NCBI GenBank assembly: GCA_009103225.1
Contig: RHPI01001715.1
Coordinates: 958,011 to 1,022,010 of the forward strand
DNA from: Chlorokybus atmophyticus
Lineage: Eukaryota > Plantae > Mesostigma and Chlorokybus algae
DNA: 64,000 nucleotides
Reading direction: 5' to 3'
The notes beneath the pieces are model-generated. The model worked only from the letters and a program-made list of their open reading frames with translations. It did no database searches and was not told the origin of the DNA. A program made the position numbers and the translations under genes. This document shows, piece by piece, positions 63,576-64,000 of the stretch (its first letter is position 1; each line of letters opens with the position of its first letter).

Positions 63576-64000
63576 ACTAAGCTTGAGCACTTGTGGTAGG
63601 CTTACTGGCACTAGATAGGTAACAGGTTAGTGTGTATATGTTAACAACGCAAGGTCTTGCCTGTGTAAGTTGCAGTTGTAAATTCTGCACTGAGTGAAGT
63701 ATGCCTGCAAGTCGTGCTGGTTGTGTCGCGTACATTGGGTGGAAGGCGGGGGAATTGTTCTGTAGGGAATTGCAGTAACCTGCAACCACATCTGACAGCA
63801 TCTTCTGCAGATGCCATCTTGTGCGGTTGACGCCTTACTGGTGACAGACACCACATGACCTCAATCGCATGGCACCTGTTGTCAATATATATATATATAC
63901 TGAACAAGCTTGCTACAAGGCATCAACTTGTCAGCGGTCGGACAGATGTCGTTGGAGTACACGAAGTCAGGTAACTAGACCATGCACATTTGTACGTAGA

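Overview
Intron-rich eukaryotic nuclear DNA. The land-plant leaf-type FNR and the ABC1K6, CURT1 and AT5G27290-like orthologues suggest an early-diverging streptophyte alga (inference). Standard genetic code: host genes end in TAA or TAG. About 1-37 kb is a transposon-rich block: a CACTA/EnSpm-type element, a CRE-like non-LTR fragment, a tandem MITE array, two pogo DDE transposons and a Ty3/gypsy chromovirus. About 38-64 kb is gene-dense: FNR, a D/D-domain EF-hand protein, NEPRO/RMP1-like, a GT2-like glycosyltransferase, an AT5G27290-like metalloprotease-family protein, ABC1K6 and CURT1A. The main observation is the CACTA-type locus. Its spliced transposase gene reads on into an NSD-type PHD-C5HCH module and a Ulp1/SENP protease. 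It sits head-to-head with a second spliced gene encoding a Cys/His-rich domain, a Tudor-like domain and a compact bacterial/phage-type C5 DNA cytosine methyltransferase. Both genes carry premature stops in this copy. The Ty3/gypsy element also has a degenerate Dam-like (adenine methyltransferase-like) segment before its protease. All family assignments come from motif recognition by eye; no database search was run.
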